DNA from: Aplysia californica
Taxonomy: Eukaryota
Assembly (NCBI RefSeq): GCF_000002075.1
Contig: NW_004797449.1
Location: 512,324-576,323, forward strand
Reading direction: 5' to 3'
Length of the DNA: 64,000 bases
Shown here: positions 1 to 14,075 of the stretch, in pieces
Layout of the letters: every line of letters starts with the position of its first letter
Position numbering within the stretch: the first letter of the stretch is position 1
Notes under the pieces: generated by a model
The model's input: only the letters and a program-made list of their open reading frames with translations
The model's database searches: none
What the model was told of the DNA's origin: nothing
Position numbers and translations under genes: made by a program

Positions 1-356
1 CCCCCCCCCTCAAACCACCACCACCACAAAACCACGCCATTTACGTTGTGAAAATGTTATGGACAGCACGGATATAATTGTCTTGTGAAAAGATTATGTA
101 TCACATGATTAGTGTCTTCATAAAGTTAAACCAGAGTGGTTAAACGCAATATTTTTCCCGCTCTATACAAGATACATGGTCTGTTGCTAGCTGAATCTTT
201 CAAAGATTTTTAATAAAGCCCTTAAATACTGATGATTCAGCAATTCTGACCTTCTTGAAATCATACGTCTTTTTAAAATTAGTCTGACTTGAACTCTACT
301 AAGACATTTCAATGGGAGCTCGTAGACTGTTGAAAAATACTGAGAATGTAAGTCCT

Positions 357-542
357 GAGGAGGAGAGGGGACGAGGGAGGAAAAGGTGGAGGAGAATGAT
401 AAAAAGGAGGAGGATATGGAGGATGGGGAGGAAGAGAAGGAGAAGAAAAAGGACAAAAAGGAAGAAGGAGAAGAAGGAGAAGAAGAAGAAGAAGAAGAAC
501 AACAACAACAACAAAGAAGAACAAAGAAGAACAAAGAAGAAG
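357..542. repeat. Purine-rich (GGA/GAA/CAA)n low-complexity tract
   Basis: Direct reading. Confidence 0.9.
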
Positions 543-1908
543 GCAGGCCTGACGAAACCAAAAGGAATGTGCAGTGTGTCAGCTGTCAGTATTGGGCAAA
601 GATGTGCTCAAATAATTATGGAAAAAAGCAAAAACGGACAGACAGAAACAACAGAAGGGAAAGAAAAGAAGTAGGACCTACCAGGGGCACCCTCCACCAT
701 CCACTCTGGGAGCACGGACCCAAGAAAATAAAGCCTTTAAATGTCATAGTCATAGACACCATATTAGCTCCATGTACTGGAATTTTCGAGAGCTGGGATG
801 GAGGGGAGGGGTTGGCATGGGGAATGGAACGCACCATTAATTCAATAACTTATGTTTATAAGCCCGAGAGTCTACTGGATTCTGATTCATCGCAGATCTG
901 TATGTAATATGTGTGAAACTGTTACGTTTCAAAAGTTTCCTGTCTCATTGTATCATAATTGGGTCTTCATTCAGAGCCCCCATTCCTAGAACAATATTGG
1001 GCTGTAAATTGAAAAGGGCATAAAAATAGAGGCCAATGAAAAACAGTGTGAGAGTGCGTGTAGCTTGTAATTAAAGTTATTTCCTAAGACAGCAGAGTAA
1101 CAGCAAAATATTAGACTGGGCTGTGCTTTGTTTTTAACTCTCATCTTGTTCTGTTTCATATTTAAGAGAAAGGTATTAAACCACTATACACACACATGAT
1201 ACAAAGAAAGATACTGATGAGACAGGTGGGCAGAAAGAAAGTACCTATAAAATATGTCAACAAAATATTTGACATCCCCAACATAAAAAAATACACACAA
1301 AGTCCCATTTTATACAAAGCCATTGCAATTACTTTCTTTAACTTTTACTGAGGGTCATTATGATGGTACATAATATATTACGTACCAAAGTTCTGTGTTT
1401 TAAGGTAAAAAAACACTATTTAGTAGAAATATTTACCAAGGGCCAAAGTGACACACAAAATGCAAGGACGATAACCCGCCTAAAAAAATATAGAAGCAAT
1501 GATAGTGACCGTTCTTCATTTTCGTTTTTTGGAGGACTTTTTTTTGTTGCTAACACTTTTCCACCAATCCGCCCATTATTATTGCGCCAACTAAAAGTTT
1601 GTGTATTCGTCAATCTGCGCATTATTGCACCGACGTTACAATGTAGTAAATGTCACAAGGCAAAACAGCTTATCACTTTAAAAAATCCTATTGACAGATC
1701 GGGAAAAAGCTAAAAATGTCACAGACTCCAATGATGGAAAAGTGATTAGAAGAAAGACTGTATCTCTAACAAAGTAAAAAATAGCTATTACTTTATATCA
1801 CTGTTTAGAATTTTTGTTTTCGTAGGTCTTATCTCCGCATATAGTATGTGTCACCTTTTTTATGGAATGGTCCAATACTATGAGACAAATCACATTAAAA
1901 GTACTAAC

Positions 1909-2104
1909 CTCCATTGACATGCACTTCATATAGGGCATATTTGTTCTGCGACAGCATCCGCATGTCCGGTCGAAATTTTTCGATCAGCACATCGATGACC
2001 TCCCTTGTGGTGGCGGTGCTGGCCACACGGATACATTTTGTAATCACGTTAGCACCAACCGCACCTTGAAAGAAAAATCTCACCACTCCATGGAATTCCA
2101 AATC
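1909..2104 (-). CDS. AFDN: Afadin coding exon 2 (first Ras-association domain); gene continues beyond window start
   Basis: CTGTAG acceptor; DLEFHGVVRFFFQGAVGANVITKCIRVASTATTREVIDVLIEKFRPDMRMLSQNKYALYEVHVNG; G|GTTAGT donor; close to human DLEFHGVMRFYFQD...KFRPDMRMLSSPKYSLYEVHVSG. Confidence 0.95.
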
Positions 2105-3363
2105 CTACAGCAGATAAAAGAAAAACAAAAGAATATTGTGTGAACAATATTATCTTTTTTAAGGGCAATATTAATGGACAATCAAAGCTATCAGGTCTGG
2201 GAGAACAGAGGTATAGTGATAGAGATGGTGTTCACATAATATTTCTGCAAAGCAAAAAAGCAAAATAAATATATAAAAACAAAGGAATAGAAGCAACAAA
2301 AAAAAAAATGGCGACACAGTCATGAAATGCTATTATAATATAATCTAACAACTCAGAGTAAAACTTGAAGACCCCCAATACTCATACTCAATTTGGAGTT
2401 AAATCACCAAACTGACCTCCACATAAAGTTCAGTACATAATGAGTAATGCCAACTGTTTGATAAAGAAAAATATGCAAAAAGAAAATTTTTAAAAGGTGT
2501 TTGTTCTAAGAAGAAACTTAGAAATTAAATTAAAAATACAGAATGATGCACCAATATTATCAATTTTCAATTAGCAAACACGCATGATGACTGAGCAATT
2601 CCATAAAGAAATAGCCTTGCAACTCATGAGAGTGAGCTGTACAAATTCCCTAAAAGGAAACACCATGTCAAAAAGAAAACCTAAAAGTTCCCTTCATAAA
2701 ATAAAAATTACAAGACACGCTTCCATTCTCACTCAAGGGTAAAAAAAGCCATGACAGAGACTTTAAAACCCCTTGATACTGGGATAGGCATAGAGTCTCT
2801 GAGCGTAGTTTCCCTTTCCTTGACTATAAAGTTGATCAATTTGCCATTATAAGATAGAGTCATTAAGAATAGAAGGCCACTGAAGCCACATTATCACAGC
2901 AACATTACTCTTCAAGAAGCAAAACTTGCAGAGTTGTTGACGTGCTGGTTAACAGAAAGAAAAGTCTGAAGCTCCATAAAACTGAATTGGAGTGAAAAGT
3001 AGCTCAGATATTCTCATTGTCCCAAACGGCAATTAATTAAATTCCTCTACCATGCATGGCTCACTGAATTATTCCTTAATGAATGCTCTCCAAAAAGTCC
3101 CACAACTGAAAGCTTTCATTTTTTTAAAAACATTTTATGCCTCTGTACACCGTGGCTTTCTAATGGCTCATCTGTCCTGTACAAAAGAAGAGTGCAAATC
3201 AATTTTACTTTTAAAATTTATTACAGGCACGACAGGAGCCTCGAAAAATCTTAACACATCACTTCTCTTGAGAAAAGTAGTATTTAAAACCTTTTTGTTC
3301 TTTGAAGTTATTATAATATTATACGGCCAGGACCATCAAATTAATCAAAACCATTCAAAATAC

Positions 3364-3811
3364 AGCTACAGCGAAAACATAGCACACCTCTGTGATTGGC
3401 CCAAATATGATGTATATTTCCGCCATCTATTTATGTCGTCTTCCAGGGCTTCCCTCGCTAGTAACTGTTGACTAGATCTTGCTGTCTTTGGTTTTTTGTT
3501 GTATTAATTTGTGATCAAGTGTTATATCTTTTAAACAATCTCAGCAATTCTCGTTCCATAAATTTACCTTCTCCTCAAAGTTGTACATACACACACACAC
3601 ACATAGGCGCACGCACACATACACACATACGCAAAGCGGGCCCGCCACGGTGAGATCAGAGAGAGTGTATGCTTACGTACATTGTCTCTGGTGAGATCTC
3701 GTCAACTGGCGGGCCAGGAAAGCCCCGGAAGACGACAAAAACAGATGGCGGAAATATGTCATTTCTATATTTGGGCCAATCACAGAGATGTGCTAGGTGC
3801 TTGCTGTAGCT
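3364..3811. mobile_element. Foldback element or MITE with about 115-bp imperfect inverted repeats in afadin intron 1
   Basis: 3364-3479 versus the reverse complement of 3694-3811. Confidence 0.75.
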
Positions 3812-4496
3812 TCAGGTATTCAAAATTGACAGTCAAGAAAAGAAAATGAACCATTTCTGTTTCTCTATAGAAGTGGCAGATTCATGATAACAATAGTCAA
3901 TAGTTCTAAAACATTCTTGTACACTTGTAGTACATCGGCTCGACAGCAAGTTCGTGCTTTTAAAAATAATATCAGCACACCCTAGAATCCTCAGACACCA
4001 CTGACTTTACACGGATACCCATTCCCGTTCCCACCAGGGTGAAATGAGGAAAATACGATTCTTGAAATAACTTTCCCATAAGAAACAATCATGACAATGT
4101 CTGACCCCTAACAGGATTTGAACCTAGATTTAATGGTTCCAAGTCTGACAATACAGTGACAAGCTAACCCAGTGAGTTAAGGGAAAAATACATCATCAAT
4201 CATCATAAAAAAAGCTATGCCATGATGTTTGTTGGAACAAGGAAACTTGCAAACCTAGGAAAAAATCACAGGGAAGAATCTTAAGAATTCAAACTATCCT
4301 AGGATGGAACGAAGAAGAATCTATGAGAAGAAATATACATTTTATTATCAAAGAATAATCTAAGAAAGAAGATGAGTTTGAGAACACAGACAAAAGACCA
4401 ACTCACAGGTCCCAGGAATAGAAAGAATGAATCTATGAGAAAAATCTGTTATAAAAGAATAATCTATGAAGCAGAGTTTCAAAAAGAAGAGTTGAC

Positions 4497-4566
4497 GAAG
4501 AAGAAGAAGAAGAAGAAGAAGAAGAAGAAGAAGAAGAAGAAGAAGAAGAAGAAGAAGAAGAGAAGA
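4497..4566. repeat. (GAA)n microsatellite
   Basis: About 23 perfect units. Confidence 0.95.
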
Positions 4567-5552
4567 TAGAACAGAAGAAATATGGAAAGAGGAGGTGAGA
4601 AAAGAAGAACAGGGTAGAAGAAACCCCCTCAGTGGGCTTTCTCGACACACTGTGCAAGAGCTGACAGTGATGACATATTTTGTGGAAAATAAAAGAACAA
4701 CAAAAATCACAATATATATATAGATCTAGATCTATATAGATCTATATCTAGATCTAGATTCTATATCTAGATTAGATCTATAAGATAAGATTTTGAATTT
4801 TTTAAATGAAAGTCAACTTTAGTAGAGTAGAGACAGACTTTACATTGTAGAATCTAATATGACGGTGACAGTACAGGTCTGACCTTAGGAACAAGGCATT
4901 CATTATATTTTCACTGCCTTATTTTTTAAACGGAGATTCTAGAAAGATTGCTGTGTCTTAAAGCTCTATTATTCTATCATCCATGTGACTAAAAATAGTC
5001 ACATGGACCTTGATTGGAATGTTAGTGATGCGACTGGGGAAACCTAGATGACTGTCCACTCAATGAATCATATGCGGGGGAATACCATCCTCTCACGTCA
5101 ATCCCAGGTTTGCCCCACCCTCATTCATTTCGATTTCGACCAATTCGAATTCCTACTTCCGTTTTGTTAACGTGTGTATGTTTACAAATTTAAAAGCAGG
5201 TAAATCTATTTAGTCACATTGTTGATGGTCATTTCGCACTTATTATTAATAATGGAGAGAAGAAATTGTACCCCTCGATTAAGGACTAACAGCATCTTAA
5301 TTTACGTAAGAAATTAACGGACGCAAAAGAAGGAAGAGTCCTTTCTGTTGGTAGCGGATCCAGGTATTGTCAAGGTCGGCCATGTTGGATTGTTGTTGAC
5401 GCTTTAAGTGTGTCACCTGTGTCATAGCGTTCCGATACAACAGGTAGATACAGGTTCTTACTCTGCAAACAATGACTGCTAATAGCACGTATGCATTTGA
5501 TTTCCATGTAACTGGTTCGTCCACAAAAAAGTAAAAACTCAGAAAATCTTAC

Positions 5553-5654
5553 CTCGTTTGGCAAACTCAGCTCGAAAATGTCGTAGTGGTCATCATTCCA
5601 CTGATTGATCAGACTTCTGAGTCTCTCGTACTCCTCCTTTTTGGCACGAGACAT
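5553..5654 (-). CDS. AFDN: Afadin (AF-6/canoe) coding exon 1
   Basis: MSRAKKEEYERLRSLINQWNDDHYDIFELSLPNE followed by GTAAG donor; matches the afadin N-terminus (human ...IIHHWNANRLDLFEISQPTE); phase 0. Confidence 0.93.
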
Positions 5655-5879
5655 TGTCCCAGAACAGAATAGAGCAATATATCCACCTTGCACTAATCAG
5701 TGTAGCCCTCACATTCCTGAATATTTAAGACACAGAGATCCTTTTGAAACTGAATGAATACGAAATAATCCAAAAAGGACCGACCACTGGCACTGCCTGT
5801 CGTCACAGTTACTTCCTCGAATGCTGCTGCCCCTAGCGTAAGTTTCGCCAACGGCCTCTCATCGACTGTGAAAGGTAAC

Positions 5880-5891
5880 CGCGCATGCGCA
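5880..5891. promoter_or_regulatory. NRF1-type palindrome in the putative afadin promoter
   Basis: CGCGCATGCGCA matches consensus YGCGCAYGCGCR exactly, about 230 bp upstream of the ATG in a CpG-richer patch. Confidence 0.55.
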
Positions 5892-6427
5892 GTGTTCAAG
5901 GAAGCGTGTTTACCCGTACGAATGCCCCCATTTCTCCCCCCACTGAAGAGTTTCCTCTGGCTTGGCCTAATCCGAGCTGATGCCACTGCTTTCAATTTCA
6001 AGCACAAGCTGGCGTTAATACAATTCGATCGGTTTAATTTACCGTACATGTACATCTGAAAGTACGTTAATATCAGTCTCCTTGAATGGAACCCCTTGCT
6101 TGATACCCCTTTTTCTAAAAGCTAAGATTACATGTAGAGATATATATAAGTAGGGCCTATCATGTAGATTCTAGACGGACATTGGTTGAAGTTCAAAAAT
6201 TGTTCTGACTGGTAAGAAAAAAGAAATTTAAAAAAAATACTTTAACTAAATTCGAATCTGGAAAAGATTAATTCACTGTACGAGAGTGCAGGCTAAACAA
6301 GTTTGCTATGGACGCGTTGTTGTTATGCTTCAATAATAATATATTATAATTTTTATGCTTACTGGGGTTTGCTTGGAAGGGGGGGGGGATAATAATATAA
6401 ATTTAAAGAAAACAATAATAATTAAAG

Positions 6428-6458
<31 letters not shown>

Positions 6459-7068
6459 CAGCAGTAGCCTAAATAAAGCTCATCTGGAAAGCTTGCTGTG
6501 GAGCGCTGTGCCCTATACCCAAGGAGTTTAGAACTTACTTTTAATCTCCTTGGCTATACCGTACAAACAATACAATCAGCAGCAGCAGCAGTAGATAGTA
6601 GTAGCAGCNNNNNNNNNNNNNNNNNNNNNNNNNNNNNNNNNNNNNNNNNNNNNNNNNNNNNNNNNNNNNNNNNNNNNNNNNNNNNNNNNNNNNNNNNNNN
6701 NNNNNNNNNNNNNNNNNNNNNNNNNNNNNNNNNNNNNNNNNNNNNNNNNNNNNNNNNNNNNNNCTCTTGTGGGATGCGGTTATGGAACAAACAAGAAGTT
6801 CAACTTGACACTGAACTGGCAGAGAAAGACTGGACGTTGTCAATAACAGGCACATTTCTGAAGTTTTTATTATTTTTTTAAAAGAAAGTAAAAAAGCGGA
6901 AGAGGGGGGGGGGGGGGGGGGGGTAACGGTAGACGATATCAGTTTTTTAACGAACGCACCAGTGAGCCCATATGCAATTAGCTTCCCTAAAGCTGAAGGT
7001 GATATGGTGCATGTAGGCTATTGGTTGACCAGTTTGTCGTTGTTTTTTATTTTGTGTGAGTGCGTTTG

Positions 7069-7113
<45 letters not shown>

Positions 7114-7309
7114 GGTTTTTTTAGGGGGGGGGGGTGGTAGGGCCTACACGTTTTGAATTTAACCGCCAGGAAACACCATGATGTGAATGTATAACTGTAA
7201 CCGAACAGCCGTAAACTTCATGTGTACAGTGACCTTGAAAATTCTTCCTCTTCTCTCAAAAATATATATATCGCCTGCTCACCGCGCTCTTTTGATTTTG
7301 AGTCATTAA

Positions 7310-7560
7310 CCCTATCGGTACGCCATGAGGTCATTTTGTATCCCAGGTGTTGTATTCTTCACATTTTAGAATACTTCTAAAACGAAGATCTCCTTGAAAC
7401 TTTCAGTATATCTCAAAAAATCATTTGACAGACTGCTAATGCTATGCAAAGCGTACGGATCGGATTAACGAGTAAATTTCCTCTTTGGAAAGTGGTGGCA
7501 CAGAGTTCCCCACGTCGTATGGATACAATTACAATAGTAAAACACGACGTACGAATAGGG
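7310..7560. mobile_element. piggyBac-type non-autonomous element
   Basis: TTAA on both sides; TIRs CCCTATCGGTACG / CCCTATTCGTACG. Confidence 0.8.
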
Positions 7561-7779
7561 TTAACTCTTATTCTTCCATTTAACTACAAGAGTAAACAGT
7601 AAACGTAAAATAAAACTGGTTCACACCCATAATTTGGAAAGTGTCTACAGATGGGTAATGGGGAAAGAACAGGAAAATATTACATATTTTTGTGTGGAGA
7701 GCATTGACGGAAAGCAGGTTGTGAATACGAACCATGATCGCCGAAGTCTATCATTGACTATCATCACCATCGGGGGGGC

Positions 7780-8212
7780 GGGGGGCTGTGGTCTGGTCGA
7801 GAAGTACGGTGTACACCCCAGGTTCGAAATCGAACAGCGACGGCAAATTTTCTTCTTTCACCCCCTTTACTACTCTCTGACTCATGTTTTGTCGTCTGCT
7901 ATATTTTCCACTTTCTTTCTGCCCCCTCCTCTGGGCCCCTGACTTTCAGTTGCTACGCCTTGGTTCCTCCCTACTGCTGTCTTTCAGCCACACCCCTGAG
8001 CCTTCTCGGATAAGGGCGAAAAAATCTTGAAGGTCCCGTGTGTAAGTTGCGCACGCTAAAGATCTCTTGGTGGTCCTAAAATCGATAGGTAGCTCTAGCC
8101 TTCGGCCACTATCACTATCACAGAAACATTCAAAATTAACTCCTACCAAAACTGAAAATGTTTAATATGCCCTGCACTCTCATGCGACCAGTTTCGAGAG
8201 CCGTAAAACAGT
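7780..8212 (+). mobile_element. SINE family A, older diverged copy
   Basis: Colinear similarity to the 22808 and 35339 copies across the B box, core and tail. Confidence 0.8.
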
Positions 8213-8714
8213 TTATCAAATTTACATTATCGTACTAAAACAATTACATGTACAGCTGTCCTCAGGGTTTTATGCACCCGCATAATTTAGCAAAATTTGA
8301 TATTTTTTGCATAATTTCTGTTTATTTTCCTTTATCATTCTTTGTTTAAAATTCACATTTCTGGGCTCATTTTGCATAATTTTAGATTTTTTGTGTGCAT
8401 AAAACCGCGGGACAGGTACAGTGTCAGTAGGCCTAAACAAGCAGATCTGGCACCTCTGATAATGAAATGTAAAGGGGAATAAATCCAATTATGTTTGTTG
8501 CATTCGAGCAATGATATTGTTATGTCCCTTGATATTCTATGGCTTTCTGGTTTTGTTGAAATGTTTCATGAATGTGATCAGTAGTGTTCTCATCCTTACC
8601 TACCAAACGTGTCTGTCATTTTGAAAATAAAGCTCTTGCTCTCTCGTCAGGGCACTGGACAGAAAGGGGAAAATATCCCTAGAAATCTGGGAATGAGAAG
8701 AAACCTCAAATTCC

Positions 8715-9085
8715 ACATGCGGATAACTTTAGAACGACAGACGTACGCCATTGGCCGATATTTATAGTAATAACCATCTTGTTTGACTTCTCTTTACTTC
8801 CCAACTCGAAGTCAGGTACCCATTAGAGGTGGGTGGGCGAAAAAAAAATCTGTAGCTGAACCAAGGCTCGAACCTGGACTTTCTGCTTTGGAGACAAGCG
8901 CACTAACCACTCCGCCACTGTAGGCTACTGGCTTTAAAAATACATACTGCAATTGTGCTTTGCAGTCGTGTTGCCATCGTGAACGACAACAAAGTGGGAA
9001 TCCCTCAATGATGTCAAACAAGATGGTTGTTACTATAAATATCGGCCAATGGCGTACATCTGACATTCTAAAGTTATCCGCATGT
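8715..9085. mobile_element. MITE with 73-bp terminal inverted repeats, carrying a nested tRNA-SINE (about 8790-8925, minus)
   Basis: 8715-8787 is the near-perfect reverse complement of 9013-9085. Confidence 0.8.
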
Positions 9086-10522
9086 TCAAATCCCCCCCCC
9101 CCCCCCCCCCCCCCCCACACACACACAGTTTAATTATCAACAGCTGAACCATTGTGCCCATCCAAAATAAGGAATAAAAATGGAGAATATCCAAGAGGTT
9201 TCAGACCTCTGAAGACAGGAGGAAGAAGACTAGAATTCATTCACCCCAGTCTTAGGCAGTCGAGTGTATCAAGTGTATGAGTCAACAGCTCATCAACGAG
9301 GACTTTTTCTTTTTTTTTTCTTAGTCAATGTCCGTGGTGTAGCACTAGCAGTTAGGCACTGCATTGTCGCACAGAGGAGACCTAGTTCAGTTCTTGAGTG
9401 AGGAGAATTATAAAAGTAAAAGGATCTCGGCCTTTCTGCTGAGATGTTGTATCCCTTTCAGCTCAGGTTGGCCCAGACAATCAGGCTTGAAAGCTCGCTT
9501 CCTAGAAGATCTAACTTGTGTCGATGGGGGCGAAAAAAACCCTCCATTAAAAAGAAATACAAACTTTTTCTTTCCTTCCTGAATGCATGGTTAAAAAAAA
9601 TAAATCAGATAAAATTCTGAAGTCACATTGACCGACAAATTTTTACCCATTAGGAAAAATAAATATCTTTTTCCTCTTAGCTGTAATGTAAAGCTCACAG
9701 AGCTTGCTGTGGAGCAGGAATTTATTTGCGCTATACAAATGATATCAATTATTATTATTATGATAATTTTGATAATTATTATTAATGTTCTCTGAATATA
9801 TAAAAAAGAATTTGGGAACCTGAAAATCTGTACATTATGTGTATGTTCGCTGAGTGCATGCTAGGCTTTATCTCTGGGGCCACTCAAAGTGCCCCATGAA
9901 TGTGACACAAAATGAGCATGTCATGAAATGATCCACAGCACAGGTATCGACATTCCCTCTGACTAGTGCAGAGAAATGATTTATTGTGGGAGAAAAATGC
10001 TTTGGAGTTAAGGTAAGTTTTACACCACATGGAACACAAACAGGTCAAATACGTTCCGAAGCTTAGGAGTTACCAGTGAGTAAGTGAGTGAGCAAGAGAG
10101 TCGAGTTATGTTCTTCCATAACTTCGAATTTTGGCCATGCACACTGTTTACAACTCTCACCAAAACATTGAGTGCATTCTGTCCCAAACATCCCTAAATG
10201 GGCAACACATGGCCAAAAATGCTCAACAGCATGAAATTACAAAATGAAACTTCAGAATCACCAATTTTTAAATTTTCAACAAGAAAAATTAGCGATACAG
10301 TAATAACACTGATAATTTGAAGACAGAAGACCCGAAATCACGCATCTGTCAAACTGTGCCTGCAGTCCCCTTTTTTCTCTTCTTCTTTATCTGTGTAAGA
10401 TAGCCCTCGAATTTCGGATCTCTCTAACTACCAAGACTGGTCCCGATAAATTCGAGCTATCTGTGTTATACTATATATTGATAAATGAAAAATGAAGACA
10501 CAAAGATTTTACTTTTTATAAG

Positions 10523-10528
10523 TTTATT
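10523..10528 (-). terminator. Candidate MSH2 polyadenylation signal
   Basis: AATAAA on the minus strand about 500 nt after the stop codon; a second AATAAA lies near 10836-10841. Confidence 0.35.
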
Positions 10529-11027
10529 CTAAGTCGGATACAAATTGGCTTTTGACATTGACAACTTTCCCCAAAACTATCATCTCATGAAGAAATGTTA
10601 TGTTGGGGCAAAATAAATTTCCAAAAATCCTCAGCCACAATCAATCATTTAACAAACTGTACAGAAATACTCATATATGTTGCTTTACATCATATTTGAT
10701 CATGAAAACAATACAGAACACGTACAATAGAGCCCACTTTAACCGAAATCTGCAGAACCACTGGATTTTCTTCGGTTTAGTAGGGTTTTTGGTTTATAGA
10801 AGTTGCTCAAATATACGAATTAAAGAAAGGGAGATTTTATTTTCATTCAGTTTACCACTCTTTTTGGATTATCCATGTTGGGATGAGCAGACTCCACTAT
10901 ATATTGGAATTTTATAAAACTGATTTCAACCATGCTAGACTTATGAGTAAGCTCTAGGCTTAGTTTCCTGAGAGAAAATTCTTTGTGAATCTGAAATGTA
11001 AACAACAATTCATTCACAATGATTATG

Positions 11028-11195
11028 TTAAGTTCTCGACTTTCTGGCCAGCAAGTCTTTGATGAATGGGTTGTCCTTGGCCATCACTTCTGTCTTGAAT
11101 TCTTTCACCTTGTCCAGAAGCTCTTCAGAGGTTAGCGTGTCGTGAGGCAGTTTTCGCACTTTGCTAAGGAAGTCTTGGATGATTTCTTCCCCTTC
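11028..11195 (-). CDS. MSH2: MSH2 exon 27 (terminal)
   Basis: EGEEIIQDFLSKVRKLPHDTLTSEELLDKVKEFKTEVMAKDNPFIKDLLARKSRT then TAA. Confidence 0.93.
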   Translation of the reverse strand, partial: EGEEIIQDFLSKVRKLPHDTLTSEELLDKVKEFKTEVMAKDNPFIKDLLARKSRT

Positions 11196-11525
11196 CTGGA
11201 AACGAAACAAACACAGGATAAATACAATAATGAGAACAGTCAAACCTGCTGTAACAGCCACCTGTAAAAAAGATACCACTTCCCACAAACCCCCTTGTGT
11301 TTTTTACATTATGAACAACTACGAATGTACGCACACCAACATACAGAAAGGAAAGTTGGACTAAACGGGCATGTTCACAAAATTATTCTGGACTGATCAA
11401 GGTACACAGAATGCTGTGGTTTCCAACCCCATTCAGTAAAGCAATAAGAAAGAAAGGAAGATTAAAACAATATCACAGGAGACCACATGTGTGGCAAAGG
11501 TAACTGTGACGCATCAACAATCTAC

Positions 11526-11639
11526 CTGTTTGGCAAGTTTCCTCTTTTTCACAGCTGGTTCGTCGTCACCAGCCAGACCCTCTGATTCAAGTCCAATGTT
11601 CTGGAAGTCTTCTAGTTCGCTGGCCTTCTCTTTCGCTGC
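11526..11639 (-). CDS. MSH2: MSH2 exon 26
   Basis: AAKEKASELEDFQNIGLESEGLAGDDEPAVKKRKLAKQ; CAG/GTAGA. Confidence 0.92.
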
Positions 11640-12246
11640 CTGTAGATTTGTTAAATAAGCTTCAAATTAAAACCTGTACTCAAATTACAATAGTACAACA
11701 GTTTTGTAGTCTTTTATGTTAAAATATCCTAAAAATAAAGTGATCAGAGATAATAGACAAAGGCAATAGAGCCAAATAAATGTAAGACAGGGTAACCACT
11801 TTGTTTTTCAAAAGACGAACACTTATGTATGCAGTCCTGAATAAAATCGATGAAAAGATTCAAACATTCAAAACATAACGAGGACTGACAAACAGATCGA
11901 AACCTTTACTCTGTATACTACAATATTGACACCACAAACACTCCTTCAAACAAAAATGCCATCCCTCAAAAAAATCATATTTATCAAGTGCTGAAGTAGA
12001 TTAGATGTGCTACTAGAGAATACCACACAAATAACGGGAGGCGAGATAAAGACGATAGATGTTTGATAAGCATGAAGGAGCAAACCACACCAAATTATCC
12101 GCCAAACACAAATTTAATCCAATTCGACTGATCAGTGTAAAATACCGTACATCACATGTCACTTTTCAAAATAGTGTATGGCAGAGTCTTACACTTGACG
12201 GTCCAATTGTATCTAGCAGGATGTTTCACTCACATCAAACTCTCAC

Positions 12247-12553
<307 letters not shown>

Positions 12554-13379
12554 CTACTTTACAGCTATACCCTGATATAAACTCATTTAAGTCAGCACAA
12601 ACACAGTCTAAATTGTCTAAGACAGCCACCCATGGTTGAAGAGAAAAATGTCAGTCTTATGCAAAGTCATTATACCAGTAATGGTTTTAAAAAAAAAACC
12701 AAGGGAGGAAATAATGACCGTTTGTACAGGTGATTTGGCCATTTTGTTTTTGTTTTAGTAGAGATTTTACGGGCGCTCTCAACTGCGCAAGGTCATATGA
12801 GCGCCAAGGGGTGGATGTCAACAGAGAAGTCTTACTCTGTTCACCTCTCTAGCTTCATCAGCACAAAGTCTGCTTCGACTATGAAGGCATCCCGGAAATA
12901 GCCGGTCACAAGAGTGTGACAAACATACAAAAGAAGTAGAGTAAAATGACGATAGTAAGGATTAGGAAAGAAAAAGCAGCAGTTCCCTGTTGTATTTCAG
13001 GCACAGTTATGAGCATGACATTGTTCGACCAACCCATTTACAATTCTATGGTGCATAAGAATGAGAAATGTCCCCCCTTTGGGAATGGTCTAAAGACACT
13101 TCAGTCAGTGGCACCGCCCCAGGGTTTTTTGGCCATTTGAGCAGCTTTGACTGAACACTAACATAACAATGCAAACACACACATACCCTCAGAACAGAAT
13201 GTCACTACAATGAAACATCCTCTAGAGGCCATCTGTCTAAGACAATAAAAAATACCCCCCCATTTTTTCCCCGCATGACACTGTCCACTTGGACCACCAG
13301 TTTCAGATGACACATTCTCCTCTGCAAAGGGTGAATATCTCGAACTGGTTCCACTTTATCTCTTACTGTTTGTTATGTA

Positions 13380-13634
13380 AAGAAGGAGATGGATTGAGCA
13401 TGTTCTGAGAAGAGAACCAGACTCTATTGTGAAGACTGCCCTCCACTGGACACCAGAAGGACATCGCAAGAGGGGCAGACCCAAAGTGACCTGGAGACGC
13501 ACAGTAGAGTCTGACATTAAGTCCTGGAACCATTCGTGGGGGACGTTGACCAAGACGGCCCAAAACAGACAGAGCTGGAGATCCTTTGTTGCTGCCCTAA
13601 ACCCAAGATGGCGTAACAGGTAGTAAGTAAGTAA
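13380..13634 (+). mobile_element. 5'-truncated RTE-clade LINE with 12-bp TSD
   Basis: HVLRR...ALHWTPEGHRKRGRPKVTWRR...AQNRQSWR; (TAAG)n tail; TSD GTTTGTTATGTA at 13368-13379 and 13635-13646. Confidence 0.88.
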
Positions 13635-14075
13635 GTTTGTTATGTACTGCCCAAGTCTACTTGACACTGACTAAAAGTCTGGGGTTTCAACCTCTCTCAT
13701 CTTGAATGTCTGGTCTAAGCTAACTATTTTATCACTGTTTTGTATTTGATCAAAAAGACGATGCGAAAGTCCACATGTACACGGTGAGGAGACCAATGTC
13801 TCTGGTGTTGTGGTAGGGAGATTCACAGTTGCACACAGGAAATGAGTTCAAACCAGTGTGGGGAATCATCTTTTATAGAGTAACTCAGTCTTTCTGATGG
13901 GATGTTGTGTCTAATTACAGGTTGGCCCTGATAGGCAGGGCCAGAAGCCTGCCTCTTAAATGATCCAAATTGCGTCAATGGGGGCATAAAAACACATACA
14001 TTATAAACTATAAAAAGAAAAAAATAATCTTCATAAAAAATAAAATAAAACAAAAACAAAACCCAAAACCAATAC

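Noticed and set aside
187-907. Several 70-170 aa ORFs rich in E/K/S/L
   Set aside because: Translations of GGA/GAA/CAA simple repeats inside an afadin intron, with no domain signal
6904-6923. Poly-G/poly-C runs (also near 9092, 36184, 36823, 38007, 46468, 50819 and 52764) as G-quadruplex elements
   Set aside because: Homopolymers are scattered throughout with no positional pattern, and their lengths are unreliable in this assembly
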